DNA from: Ignavibacteria bacterium
GTDB taxonomy: Bacteria > Bacteroidota > Ignavibacteria > Ch128b
Reading direction: 5' to 3'
DNA: 64,000 bases
Assembly: GCA_026415235.1 (NCBI GenBank)
Contig: JAOAHM010000070.1
Location: 826 to 64,825 of the forward strand
The position numbers and the translations under genes are program-made. The first letter of the stretch is position 1; every line of letters begins with the position of its first letter. This document shows positions 37,865 through 47,585 of the stretch, in pieces. The notes under the pieces are model-generated. The model was not told the DNA's origin and ran no database searches. It worked only from the letters and a program-made list of their open reading frames with translations.

Positions 37865-38935
37865 ATGAATCCATTAGGCACACAACATATCGCAGAGTTT
37901 ATCGAGTGCAAGAAAACTTTTCTTAATGATCCAGAGAAGTTAGAGCAAATTATTCGTAATGCAATTGAATACTCAGGACTTCACTTTGAAAAAATAATTA
38001 CTCACAAATTCAATCCAATTGGCGTTACACTTCTTGCGATTATTTCAGAAAGTCATATTGGTCTACATACATATCCTGAAGCAGGACATCTTTCGCTTGA
38101 TGTTTTTACTTGTTCTCATCCGAGCAAACAATTAAAGCTAATTGATTATCTACAAAAAGTTCTAAAACCTAAATCAATAAAAATTGCAGAGATTACACGA
38201 GGCAATCCTATCGAGTTTAAACAAGATGATTGGTTAACTTCCCGAACTGAGTATGGATTTGAAGTGAGATATCATGTTAAAAAAGTTCTTTACTCAGATA
38301 AATCACAATATCAATTCATTGATGTAATTGAAAACGAGCACTTCGGTAAAATGCTTTTCCTTGACAAAGACCTACAAATTTCAGAAGCTGATGCTGATGC
38401 TTATTCTTATGCGATGATAAATCCAGTTTTGAAAAGAAAAAAGAAATTAAAAAATGTTTTGATTTTAGGTGGTGGTGATGGTGGACTTTTGAATTATGTC
38501 TTAAAATATAATCCTGAAAGAGTAACTTTAGTAGAGATTGATGAAAGTGTAATTGATGTATCAAAAAAATATTTGAAAAAAATTTGTGGAAATGCTTTTA
38601 GTGATAAAAGAGTGAATTTAATAATTCAAGATGCTTTGCAATTCTTAAAATCAACTCGTGAAAAATTTGATGTTATTCTCTACGACTTAACAATGCATCC
38701 TGAGTCTTTCATCAAAGTTGAACGAGAAAAATTTTTAGACGAAGTTTTTTCTGATATCTATCGAATTCTTAATCGTGGGGGAATAGCTACTTTCCAAGTT
38801 AGTTCAGAATATGACAAAGTAACTTTACGATTGATTCAGAGATTATTTAGAAAACATTTCAAGAATGTGAATTACTCGCTCATTTTTCTCAGAAGTTATT
38901 GTGAGAGATGGGTCTTCGCTGATGTAACGAAGTAA
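37865..38935 (+). CDS. Fused S-adenosylmethionine decarboxylase (pyruvoyl, SpeH/SpeD class 1) and spermidine-synthase-like aminopropyltransferase
   Basis: The N-terminal ~120 aa carry the self-cleavage context LAIISESHIGLHTYPEAGHLSLDVFTC. The C-terminal ~230 aa carry VLILGGGDGG, VTLVEIDE.V, IIQDA, FDVILYDLT. Confidence 0.85.
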   Translation: MNPLGTQHIAEFIECKKTFLNDPEKLEQIIRNAIEYSGLHFEKIITHKFNPIGVTLLAIISESHIGLHTYPEAGHLSLDVFTCSHPSKQLKLIDYLQKVLKPKSIKIAEITRGNPIEFKQDDWLTSRTEYGFEVRYHVKKVLYSDKSQYQFIDVIENEHFGKMLFLDKDLQISEADADAYSYAMINPVLKRKKKLKNVLILGGGDGGLLNYVLKYNPERVTLVEIDESVIDVSKKYLKKICGNAFSDKRVNLIIQDALQFLKSTREKFDVILYDLTMHPESFIKVEREKFLDEVFSDIYRILNRGGIATFQVSSEYDKVTLRLIQRLFRKHFKNVNYSLIFLRSYCERWVFADVTK

Positions 38936-39025
38936 CTTAATCTTCCCTTATTTAATCCTTCAAAATCCGTAAATTTGCTTTGTAAATGTTCATTAATCAC
39001 ATCAATTTCATATTAGTAATTTAAT

Positions 39026-40171
39026 TTGAGTAATGTTATGGGTTTCTCAACAGATGCAATTCATGCTGGACAAGCTCCAGATCTTTCAACAAACGCAGTA
39101 ATTCCACCAATTCATCTTACCACTACATATTATCAAGAAGAAATTGGGAAACACAAAGGATATGTCTATTCAAGGTCAGCAAATCCAACACGGGATATTT
39201 TACAAAAAAATGTTGCTGTCCTTGAAAAAGGAAAATATGCTCTTGCCTTTTCAAGTGGACTTGCTGCAATTCATGCCTTATCAACTGTATTAAAAAATGG
39301 TGACCATGTCATAGTTTCAAATGATGTTTATGGAGGAACTTATAGATTATTTCAGAGATTTTTAACTGATTATGGAATTGAAGTTTCTTTTGTTGATACA
39401 ACAAATCTTGAAAACATTTTAGAAGTTATTAAATCAAATACAAAACTCATTCACATCGAAACTCCAACCAATCCATTACTTGCAATTTCTGATATTCAAG
39501 CAATTTCAAATATCTGTAAATCTAAGAATTTACTTTTGAGTGTTGATAATACTTTCATGACTCCATACTTTCAAAATCCACTTGAGCTTGGTGCTGATAT
39601 TGTTGTTCACAGTGCAACAAAATATCTTGGTGGTCATAGCGATTTGTTAGGTGGAATTCTAATCGTTAATTCTGATGAGTTGTATGAGAGATTTAAGTTC
39701 GTTCAAAATGCAATTGGTGCTGTACTCTCACCTTTCGATTGTTGGTTATTGTTGCGCTCAATTAAAACACTTGCACTGAGGATGGAACGACATAATCAAA
39801 ATGCCTCTGAAGTTGCAAAATTTTTAGAGAGTCAATCTGTTGTAAAAAGAGTTTTTTATCCAGGTTTAAAGTCCCATCCACAACATGAATTGGCAAAGAA
39901 ACAGATGCGTGGTTTCGGTGGAATGGTTTCCTTTGAAGTAGATGATTTTAATAGAGTGAATTCAATTCTTAAAAAGTTAAAAATCTTCACACTTGCTGAA
40001 AGTCTTGGCGGTGTTGAAAGTCTTGTTTGTCATCCAGCTACAATGACTCATGCTTCGATACCAAAAGAGGTTCGAGAGAAAAATGGTCTTACCGATGGTT
40101 TGATTAGATTATCAGTGGGAATTGAAGATATTGAAGACCTAATAAGTGATTTAGAACAAGCATTAAAATAG
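39026..40171 (+). CDS. Cys/Met-metabolism PLP enzyme, cystathionine gamma-synthase/beta-lyase family
   Basis: 381 aa. Motifs YSRSANPTR, FSSGLAA, HSATKYLGGHSD (PLP lysine), ESLGGVESL. The TTG at 39026 or the ATG at 39038 is the start. Confidence 0.88.
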   Translation: MSNVMGFSTDAIHAGQAPDLSTNAVIPPIHLTTTYYQEEIGKHKGYVYSRSANPTRDILQKNVAVLEKGKYALAFSSGLAAIHALSTVLKNGDHVIVSNDVYGGTYRLFQRFLTDYGIEVSFVDTTNLENILEVIKSNTKLIHIETPTNPLLAISDIQAISNICKSKNLLLSVDNTFMTPYFQNPLELGADIVVHSATKYLGGHSDLLGGILIVNSDELYERFKFVQNAIGAVLSPFDCWLLLRSIKTLALRMERHNQNASEVAKFLESQSVVKRVFYPGLKSHPQHELAKKQMRGFGGMVSFEVDDFNRVNSILKKLKIFTLAESLGGVESLVCHPATMTHASIPKEVREKNGLTDGLIRLSVGIEDIEDLISDLEQALK

Positions 40172-40181
40172 AGAGGTAATT

Positions 40182-41474
40182 ATGGCTAACAACGATAAAT
40201 ATTCCCGTGAAACACATTTAATTTATGGGAAGGCGTTTACAACAAAATGGGATTATAATCATCATGTTGTCCCACCGATTTCATCTTCTACAACATTCCG
40301 ACTTGACTCAGTCGAGCGTGGTGCTTTAGGATTTTCAGAATTTGAGCACATTGGTGAGTTACCTGATACAGAACCACCAATTTATATTTATGACCGCCTT
40401 GGAGAACCAAACAAAGAAATTCTTGAAGAAAATCTTGCTGCAGCTGAATCTGGCGAAACGGCAGTTACATTTGCAACAGGTATGTCAGCAATTTCAGGTG
40501 TGTTGGGTATATTAACCCAATCTGGTGATGAAATTGTTTCACATAAAACTCTCTATGGTTGTACTTTCTCACTTCTTACTAATTGGTATCCAAGATACAA
40601 TATCAAAACGGTAAAAGTTGATTTAACTAATCCTGATAATTTGTACGATGCAGTAACTGAAAAAACAAAAGTTGTTTACTTTGAAACTCCAGCAAATCCA
40701 AATTTAGAAATTATTGATATCGAAGAAGTTGTAAAGCGTGTTCGTGAAATAAACAAAAATCGAGATGAAAAAAATCAAATTCTAACTGTTGTTGATAATA
40801 CTTTTGCAACTCCTTATTGTCAAAGACCAATTGAATGGGGAGTTGACTTTGTAGTTCATTCTTTAACAAAAAATATTGGTGGATTTGGAACTGATATGGG
40901 TGGTGTGGTAATTGGTAAAAGGAAATATCGTGATATGCTGATGTTATATCGAAAAGATTTTGGAGGAGTTCTTTCGTCAAAGAGTGCCTGGCCTATTATG
41001 GTTTATGGATTACCATCTCTTGCAATTAGAATGCAAAGAGAAATTGAAAATGCAATGAAAATAGCAGAGTTTTTATCACAACATCCGAAAGTTCAGTTTG
41101 TTAATTATCCTGGTTTACCATCATATCGTTTTTATGAAGTGGCTAAAAAGCAAATGATTGATTTTCATGGAAAGTTTGCTCCAGGAAATATGATTTATTT
41201 TGCTCTTAAAGGAAACACACACGAAGAAGGAAGAGAGAAAGGTCGAGCTTTGATGAATTATATTGCTCAAAACGCTTATACTTTGACTCTTGCAGTTAGT
41301 TTAGGCCATGTGCGAACATTGATTGAACATCCTGGCTCAATGACTCACTCGATGATTCCTGCTGAAGAGCAAATTAAAGAAGGAATTGATCCTGCAGGAA
41401 TTAGAATGTCAATTGGTTTAGAAAATGGAGATGATATAATTAGAGACTTAGAAGAAGCATTAAGTCATATTTAA
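40182..41474 (+). CDS. Cys/Met-metabolism PLP enzyme, O-acetylhomoserine sulfhydrylase / methionine gamma-lyase-like
   Basis: 430 aa. Motifs YDRLGEPN, ATGMSAI, HSLTKNIGGFGTDMGG (PLP lysine), VSLGHVRTLIEHP. AGAGG lies upstream. Confidence 0.85.
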   Translation: MANNDKYSRETHLIYGKAFTTKWDYNHHVVPPISSSTTFRLDSVERGALGFSEFEHIGELPDTEPPIYIYDRLGEPNKEILEENLAAAESGETAVTFATGMSAISGVLGILTQSGDEIVSHKTLYGCTFSLLTNWYPRYNIKTVKVDLTNPDNLYDAVTEKTKVVYFETPANPNLEIIDIEEVVKRVREINKNRDEKNQILTVVDNTFATPYCQRPIEWGVDFVVHSLTKNIGGFGTDMGGVVIGKRKYRDMLMLYRKDFGGVLSSKSAWPIMVYGLPSLAIRMQREIENAMKIAEFLSQHPKVQFVNYPGLPSYRFYEVAKKQMIDFHGKFAPGNMIYFALKGNTHEEGREKGRALMNYIAQNAYTLTLAVSLGHVRTLIEHPGSMTHSMIPAEEQIKEGIDPAGIRMSIGLENGDDIIRDLEEALSHI

Positions 41475-42205
41475 TGAAACCTGTAATTATCAAAAGTTAT
41501 TTACTTAGTCAGTTTAGTGAAATCGTTCATGGAATTTCTACTAAAATTGGTTCCGTGAACGATTTCAATTTTAATCTTGGCAATTTTTCAAATCAACAAA
41601 ATGATATTAAAGAAAAGAACAGAAAAATTTTTTTTGATGCACTTAACATTGATTTGAAAAGAGTTGTTTATCAACAACAAGTTCACTCCAATAAATTTAC
41701 TTTAGTGAATGAACCAAAATTAGAAAAAGAAAACGATGCCTTGATAACCACACAAAAAAATTTATTTTTAGTTGTAACCATTGCTGATTGCATTCCTATT
41801 TTATTTTACGATAGAACTAATCAAATAATAGGAGTTGTTCACGCAGGTTGGAGAGGCACTTACTCAAAAATTTTATTGAGTACAATTGAATTTGCAATCA
41901 CAGAAATGAAATTATCAATTAACGATACATTTTTTTATTTCGGACCTTCAATTTGTAGTAACTGTTTTGAAGTTGATGAAGATGTAGCTCAATTATTCGA
42001 TTCAAAATTCGTGAAGAAAAAAGAAAAAAAATTTACCGTTGATTTGCCACAAGTTAATTTGAATTATTTAATGAAATTGGGTTTCAATCCTTCTAATGTT
42101 CACATATCAAGACTTTGCACTTTTGAGTGTAGTAGTTTACTACATTCCTATCGAAGGGATAAAGAAAATTCTGGACGAATGATTGGGGTCATCGGGATTC
42201 GATGA
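41474..42205 (+). CDS. pgeF: Purine nucleoside phosphorylase/laccase-domain protein YfiH (peptidoglycan editing factor PgeF family)
   Basis: 243 aa. Motifs QVHSNK, ADCIPILFYD, HAGWRGT, C.NCFEV, HSYRRD. Confidence 0.85.
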   Translation: MKPVIIKSYLLSQFSEIVHGISTKIGSVNDFNFNLGNFSNQQNDIKEKNRKIFFDALNIDLKRVVYQQQVHSNKFTLVNEPKLEKENDALITTQKNLFLVVTIADCIPILFYDRTNQIIGVVHAGWRGTYSKILLSTIEFAITEMKLSINDTFFYFGPSICSNCFEVDEDVAQLFDSKFVKKKEKKFTVDLPQVNLNYLMKLGFNPSNVHISRLCTFECSSLLHSYRRDKENSGRMIGVIGIR

Positions 42206-43119
42206 AAGAAAACAAGTTTTTAGTTCCTTTGCTTTATACTCTTTTGTGTTTGTTTTGGGGTTCGAGTTGGTTTGTAATTAAACTAAGTCTTGATTATGTA
42301 ACGCCATTCATAAACCTTGGAATTCGATTTTTAATTTCTGCAACTGCAATTTATTTAGTAATGATTTACACTAAGACAAAATTAGATTTACAATTGAATT
42401 CAATTTTGATTTATTTATTGCTTGGTTTATTGTCTTATTCAATTCCTTTTTCTTTAGTTTACTTTGCAGAGAAGAGAATTCCATCATCGCTTGCATCAAT
42501 TCTTTTTGGAATGTATCCATTTTTTGTTGCAATTCTTTCGAGCATTTTTTGTAAAGATGAGACTCTGAGTACAAATAGGATTTTGGGAATAATTTTATCC
42601 TTTTATGGATTGACATTAATTTTTAAAGATGGTCTCTCAATTGAATTGAGTGAATATTTTCTTGGTATGCTTGCAGTAATACTTAGTGCTCTAATGCAAG
42701 CAAGTGTAGCTGTTACAATTAAAATTAAAGGTGGACACTTAAACCCATTGAGTATGAACTTTATTCCAACGATGATTGCAGGTATAATTTTATTGACTAT
42801 TGGTTTAACTACCGAAGATGTTTCAAAAAATGTTTTCAATTTCAAATCGATTTTAATGATTATTTATCTGGCAATTTTTGTAACTGTTTTTAACTTTACC
42901 GCATATTACTGGTTGTTAAAGAGATTGAGTGTGGTAATTCTTTCATTAACTTCTTTTATAACTCCAATTGTGGCAGTTTTAATTGGAGTTATTTTGGGTG
43001 GAGAAAAACTTAGTTCGAATATTTCGTCAGGTGCATTTTTTGTTTTATTTGGCCTCATCATTATTAATTGGGAAGGAATTAAAAAATTTTATCACCAAAA
43101 GAAGGTTAAAAGCTTATGA
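42202..43119 (+). CDS. EamA/DMT-superfamily transporter
   Basis: 305 aa with 10 hydrophobic segments arranged as two EamA-like halves. 4-nt overlap upstream. Confidence 0.8.
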   Translation: MKENKFLVPLLYTLLCLFWGSSWFVIKLSLDYVTPFINLGIRFLISATAIYLVMIYTKTKLDLQLNSILIYLLLGLLSYSIPFSLVYFAEKRIPSSLASILFGMYPFFVAILSSIFCKDETLSTNRILGIILSFYGLTLIFKDGLSIELSEYFLGMLAVILSALMQASVAVTIKIKGGHLNPLSMNFIPTMIAGIILLTIGLTTEDVSKNVFNFKSILMIIYLAIFVTVFNFTAYYWLLKRLSVVILSLTSFITPIVAVLIGVILGGEKLSSNISSGAFFVLFGLIIINWEGIKKFYHQKKVKSL

Positions 43120-43478
43120 AAGGGAAACTAAAAATTCAGAATGCCGTTTTTTATGCATATCACGGTGTAATGACCGAAGAACAAAATCTTGGTAGAAAAT
43201 TTGAAGTAGATGTTGAACTCGAGTATGATTTTTCAAAAGCAGCAGAAACTGATAAACTCGAAAATGCAATTAATTACGAAAAAGTTTATCAATATCTCAA
43301 AGAAATTTTGACTGAAAACAAATTCTATTTAATTGAACGATTAGCTTATGTAATTGGAAAAAAAATCTTAGATAAATTTGAAAATGTACAAAAAGTGAAA
43401 GTTAAAGTTAGAAAGTTACATCCACCAATTGGTGGTTTGATTGATTATGTCGAAGCATCAATAAAACTAAAGAGATAA
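43116..43478 (+). CDS. folB: Dihydroneopterin aldolase
   Basis: 120 aa. Motifs FYAYHGV..EEQNLG.KFEVDVEL, INYEKVY. It sits next to folK. Confidence 0.88.
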   Translation: MKGKLKIQNAVFYAYHGVMTEEQNLGRKFEVDVELEYDFSKAAETDKLENAINYEKVYQYLKEILTENKFYLIERLAYVIGKKILDKFENVQKVKVKVRKLHPPIGGLIDYVEASIKLKR

Positions 43479-43480
43479 TC

Positions 43481-43966
43481 TTGAAAACAGTATATCTCTC
43501 GTTTGGTTCAAATAAAGGAAATAGAATTCTAAACATCATAAATGCTTTATTGCACATTTCTTCAGTAAAAGAAATACATATCTCAAAAATTTCATCTTTG
43601 TATGAAACAGAGCCTTATCTTGTTGAGGGGCAATCAAACTTTGTTAATCTTGTCGCAGAAATTCAAACTACATTAAATCCGAATGAGTTATTTCAAAAAT
43701 TGTTGCAAGTTGAAAGAGATTTAGGTAGAACTGATAAAGGTAACCTTCAACCACGAGAGATTGACATAGATATATTATTTTATGAAAATGAAATTATCCA
43801 AGATGAATCGTTAACAATTCCACATCGTGATTTACACAATAGAAGATTTGTTCTTGAACCAATGTGTGAAGTTAATCCCGATTTCATTCATCCAATTTTC
43901 AAAAAAAATGTAAAAGAACTACTTTCGCAGTTAAAGGATAAATTAACCGTAATAAAAATTGAATGA
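43481..43966 (+). CDS. folK: 2-amino-4-hydroxy-6-hydroxymethyldihydropteridine pyrophosphokinase
   Basis: 161 aa. Motifs YLSFGSNKGN, YETEPY, REIDIDIL, IPHRDLHNRRFVLEP. TTG start. Confidence 0.9.
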   Translation: MKTVYLSFGSNKGNRILNIINALLHISSVKEIHISKISSLYETEPYLVEGQSNFVNLVAEIQTTLNPNELFQKLLQVERDLGRTDKGNLQPREIDIDILFYENEIIQDESLTIPHRDLHNRRFVLEPMCEVNPDFIHPIFKKNVKELLSQLKDKLTVIKIE

Positions 43967-43969
43967 ATT

Positions 43970-44638
43970 ATGGAGAATCAAAACACTCTCAAAGAAGTAA
44001 AATATATTGCTATTGAAGGAGTTATTGGGGCAGGTAAAACTACTCTCGCAACTCTTTTAGCTGAACGATTGAACGCAGATTTGGTGCTTGAACAATTTGA
44101 AATTAATCCTTTTCTCGAAAAATTTTATAAAGACCGAAGAAGATATGCTTTTCAAACACAAATTTTCTTTCTGGTTAATCGTTACATTCAGCAGCAAAAT
44201 TTACTTCAATCCAATTTGTTTAAGGAGTATTTGGTTAGTGATTATATTTTCGAGAAGGATAAAATTTTTGCTTACTTAAATCTCGAAGGTGAAGAATTAA
44301 AACTTTACGAAACATTAGCTCATCAACTTGAAAAAAATATTTTGAAACCAGATTTAGTAATTTTTCTTAAAGCCTCAGTTGATAAATTAATGGAAAATAT
44401 TCGAAAGCGTGATCGTGTCTTCGAGCGAAACATTCAACGCTCTTATATTGAACAATTACACAAAGCTTATGACCATTTCTTCTTTGCTTATAAATCAACC
44501 CCACTTTTAATTGTTAACACAAACGAGCTCGACTTTTTGAACAACAAAGAAGATTTAGACAGTTTGATAAATCTTATCTTCCGAAAAGATAGAGCTTTTA
44601 TTGAATATTACTCACCTAAACCTAAGGGATTACTCTAA
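43970..44638 (+). CDS. Deoxynucleoside kinase
   Basis: 222 aa. P-loop IAIEGVIGAGKTTLA. dNK-like motifs: F.NPFL..FY, FQTQI.F, VSDYIF.KD, RKRDR..E. Confidence 0.85.
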   Translation: MENQNTLKEVKYIAIEGVIGAGKTTLATLLAERLNADLVLEQFEINPFLEKFYKDRRRYAFQTQIFFLVNRYIQQQNLLQSNLFKEYLVSDYIFEKDKIFAYLNLEGEELKLYETLAHQLEKNILKPDLVIFLKASVDKLMENIRKRDRVFERNIQRSYIEQLHKAYDHFFFAYKSTPLLIVNTNELDFLNNKEDLDSLINLIFRKDRAFIEYYSPKPKGLL

Positions 44639-44817
44639 TGGGAAGATTAATATTATTTTTAATTATAATGTACATCATCTATCGAGTAGTGAGATTTTTT
44701 TCTAAAGCGTTTTCTACGAATTATCCAGCAAGAGTTCGAAAGCGTCAAGACCGTGAAATAATTGATGTTGATTATGAAGAAGTGAAGTCTGAGGATAATT
44801 CAGAAAAAGTTAAATAG
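44638..44817 (+). CDS. Small membrane protein (59 aa), absent from the supplied ORF track
   Basis: The ATG overlaps the dNK stop (TAATG). Its TAG stop directly abuts the next ATG (TAGATG), so it fills the gap exactly. Translation: MGRLILFLIIMYIIYRVVRFF SKAFSTNYPARVRKRQDREIIDVDYEEVKSEDNSEKVK. That is one TM helix, a basic stretch and an acidic D/E-Y-E-E-V tail. Confidence 0.6.
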   Translation: MGRLILFLIIMYIIYRVVRFFSKAFSTNYPARVRKRQDREIIDVDYEEVKSEDNSEKVK

Positions 44818-45903
44818 ATGAAAAACATATTTCTTGAATTTTTGAGATTTCTATTAAAATCGAAAAAGAAGAATCTTCCTCAAATAAGTGAATTAATAAA
44901 AATAATTGGCAAATCTCCTAAAATCCTAATCGTTCGACAGCATAATCAACTTGGTGATATGCTTTTGTCGAACTCTTTATTTCGTGCAATCAAAGAAAAT
45001 ATTCCAGAATGCGTAGTTACTTTAATTGCAAGTGAAGAAAATTATCAAGCAGTGGTTTCAAATAAATTCATTGATAAACTAATTGTTTTAGAAAAACTAA
45101 AAATGTGGAATCCTATCCATCTTTTCGATTTCTTTAAATCGTTAAGAAAAGAAGAATTTGACTTAGCGATTGTCCCCGTAACTGTTTCAGTTTCATTTAC
45201 AAGTTGTTTAATTGCAAGATTGAGCGGAGCAAAATTTACAATTGGACCTTCTTCACTTGATAATATTCCAGTGAAATATTCTTTCATGTTCGATTACAAA
45301 ATTGAAGTAGGTGATTCGAGTAATTTGAAAAAACATATTTCAGATAAAATTTTAGATATCGTTAGACCATTTGGAATTGAAACTAAAGATTTGAGCGAAC
45401 ACATTTTAATAAGTGATGAAGACAAAAAATTTGCATCTGAATTTTTCAGTAAGATTAATGAATTGAAAGTTGGTTTTCATATTGGTGCAGGAAAAATTCC
45501 AAATCGTTGGAGTGTCAAAAATTTTGCGACTATAATTAACTATGTAAAAAAAGAATATAATGCTTTCGTTTATCTAACTATTGGACATTGGGACGAAGAA
45601 CTATTAAATGAAATTCTACCATTTTTAAGCTTCAAACCTGAAATTCTAAAAAATTTTCCACTTCCAAAGCTTGCAGCAATAATAGATCAATCTGATTTAT
45701 TTATTTCAAATGATACTGGCATAATGCATGTAGCTGGTTCAACAAATACGAATCTCATCGCACTTTTTGGTCCAACTGATCCTGAGGTGTGGGCACCAAT
45801 TGGAAAAAATAAATTCTACATTAAAAAAGATGACGACATTAATTCAATTAAACCAGACGATGTAACTCATTTAATCAACCAAATCCTTGAAATTAAAAAA
45901 TGA
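44818..45903 (+). CDS. Family-9 glycosyltransferase (heptosyltransferase-like)
   Basis: 361 aa. Motifs ILIVRQHNQLGDMLL, FISNDTGIMHVAG, ALFGPTDP..WAP. Confidence 0.85.
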   Translation: MKNIFLEFLRFLLKSKKKNLPQISELIKIIGKSPKILIVRQHNQLGDMLLSNSLFRAIKENIPECVVTLIASEENYQAVVSNKFIDKLIVLEKLKMWNPIHLFDFFKSLRKEEFDLAIVPVTVSVSFTSCLIARLSGAKFTIGPSSLDNIPVKYSFMFDYKIEVGDSSNLKKHISDKILDIVRPFGIETKDLSEHILISDEDKKFASEFFSKINELKVGFHIGAGKIPNRWSVKNFATIINYVKKEYNAFVYLTIGHWDEELLNEILPFLSFKPEILKNFPLPKLAAIIDQSDLFISNDTGIMHVAGSTNTNLIALFGPTDPEVWAPIGKNKFYIKKDDDINSIKPDDVTHLINQILEIKK

Positions 45904-47528
45904 ATAATAATAGAATAGCAGCTATTGATTTAGGAACGAATTCTTTTCATTTGGTTATTGTAGAACTCAAGAACATATCTGACATAACTTCCTTAGAAGA
46001 ACTCGAAGCAAATAATAATTTCAACATTCTTTATAGACAAAGAGAAATTGTTCGAATTAATGTTGGTGAAAACAACCAAACTAATCGGTTAACGAATGAA
46101 GGTATTAACAGAGCTATTAAAGTATTAAAACAATTCAAAACTAAGATTGAAGAATACGGTGCAGTTACTCATGCCATTGCAACAAGTGCAATTAGAGAAG
46201 CTGAAAATAGAGATGAATTCCTGAATTATGTGAAAGATAATTTGGGCATTGAAATCAAAGTTGTATCTGGATTTGAAGAAGCTCATTTGATATATCTTGG
46301 TGTGCTTCAGGGACTTAATGTTTATGACAAACAAATTTTACTAATTGATATCGGTGGAGGAAGTACTGAATTATTGATAGGCAAACAAGGAAGAGTTTTG
46401 TATGCAAGCAGTTTCAAATTGGGCGCTGTTCGTTTAGCTCAAAAATTTTTTGATGGTGGAAAAACATTTTCTAAAAAACAAAAACAAGAATGTATCGAAT
46501 ATATTCAAAATACTTTTGCTAAAAATTTAAAACCAATTGAAAGACTTGGATTTGAAAAAGTAATTGGAACCTCGGGTCAAATTCAATCAATTGCTCGTTT
46601 ACTTTATCTCGATGAAATTGAAAAAATTGAATATCGAACATTTCACGATGTCGAGTTTTCTACAAAACAATTCGAAAATGTCTCACGCAAATTGTTAGAA
46701 TGTGAAAAATTAGATGAAGTTAAATCCATCAAAACAATTGATGAGAAGAGAGCAGAAATAATTATTCCTGGAACTTTAATTCTAAAAGAGATTATCGAAA
46801 AATTAAAAATTCAAAATGTAACGGTTTGTAATTATGCTCTAAGAGAAGGAATTATTATAGATGCAATCGAAAAACATTTTAATAAAAATATTTTTTATCA
46901 ATCTTTCTCAGAAACAGAAGATTTGACCAACAATCTTCGAATGAAAAGTATACTTGAGTTGGCAAAGTTTTATAATGTTGATTTAAAACACGCTTTGCAA
47001 GTTCGTAAAATAGCAATCACTCTTTTTAATGAATTCTCAATTTTTCATCAATTAGATAAAAATGCGTTAGAATTACTCGAGTATGCTGCACTACTTCACG
47101 ATATTGGTTATCATATCTCTTCAAAAAAACATCACAAGTATTCTTACTACATAATTAAAAACTCAGGGTTAGTTGGTTTTAGTGATAAAGAAATTGAAAT
47201 CATTTCTAATATTGCCAGATATCACAGAAAAGCTTTGCCCAATGAGAAACACGAAAATTTTGTTCACTTCACTAATGAAGAAAAATATTTGATAAAAATT
47301 CTTGCAGCAATATTGAGACTTTCTGATGGACTTGAAAAAACTCACCGAGCTGTGATAAGCGATATAAAGTTATTTAGCAATGGAAATGGTAAACAATATT
47401 TGCTTGTTTTAAGATATCTTACTCATCCACCTTTGAGTGAAATGGAAGCTGCAAAAAAGCGAAAAAGAATACTTGAAAACTACTTTAATATTAAAATTGA
47501 ATTGAAACTTGAAAAAATTACAACATAA
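45900..47528 (+). CDS. ppx: Exopolyphosphatase / guanosine pentaphosphate phosphohydrolase (Ppx/GppA) with a C-terminal HD domain
   Basis: 542 aa. Motifs AAIDLGTNSFHLVI, DIGGGSTE, LHDIGYHIS..KHHKYSYYII. 4-nt overlap upstream. Confidence 0.88.
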   Translation: MNNNRIAAIDLGTNSFHLVIVELKNISDITSLEELEANNNFNILYRQREIVRINVGENNQTNRLTNEGINRAIKVLKQFKTKIEEYGAVTHAIATSAIREAENRDEFLNYVKDNLGIEIKVVSGFEEAHLIYLGVLQGLNVYDKQILLIDIGGGSTELLIGKQGRVLYASSFKLGAVRLAQKFFDGGKTFSKKQKQECIEYIQNTFAKNLKPIERLGFEKVIGTSGQIQSIARLLYLDEIEKIEYRTFHDVEFSTKQFENVSRKLLECEKLDEVKSIKTIDEKRAEIIIPGTLILKEIIEKLKIQNVTVCNYALREGIIIDAIEKHFNKNIFYQSFSETEDLTNNLRMKSILELAKFYNVDLKHALQVRKIAITLFNEFSIFHQLDKNALELLEYAALLHDIGYHISSKKHHKYSYYIIKNSGLVGFSDKEIEIISNIARYHRKALPNEKHENFVHFTNEEKYLIKILAAILRLSDGLEKTHRAVISDIKLFSNGNGKQYLLVLRYLTHPPLSEMEAAKKRKRILENYFNIKIELKLEKITT

Positions 47529-47585
47529 ATTGTTAAGAATTTTTTAATCTTAAATGTTTGACATTCAGACAATCAAAAACTATTT

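Noticed and set aside
38936-39025. Possible SAM/methionine riboswitch or T-box upstream of the two Cys/Met PLP enzyme genes
   Set aside because: The 90-nt gap is too short. It lacks GC-rich paired helices and shows no conserved SAM-I-type core that I can recognise. It is plain AT-rich spacer.
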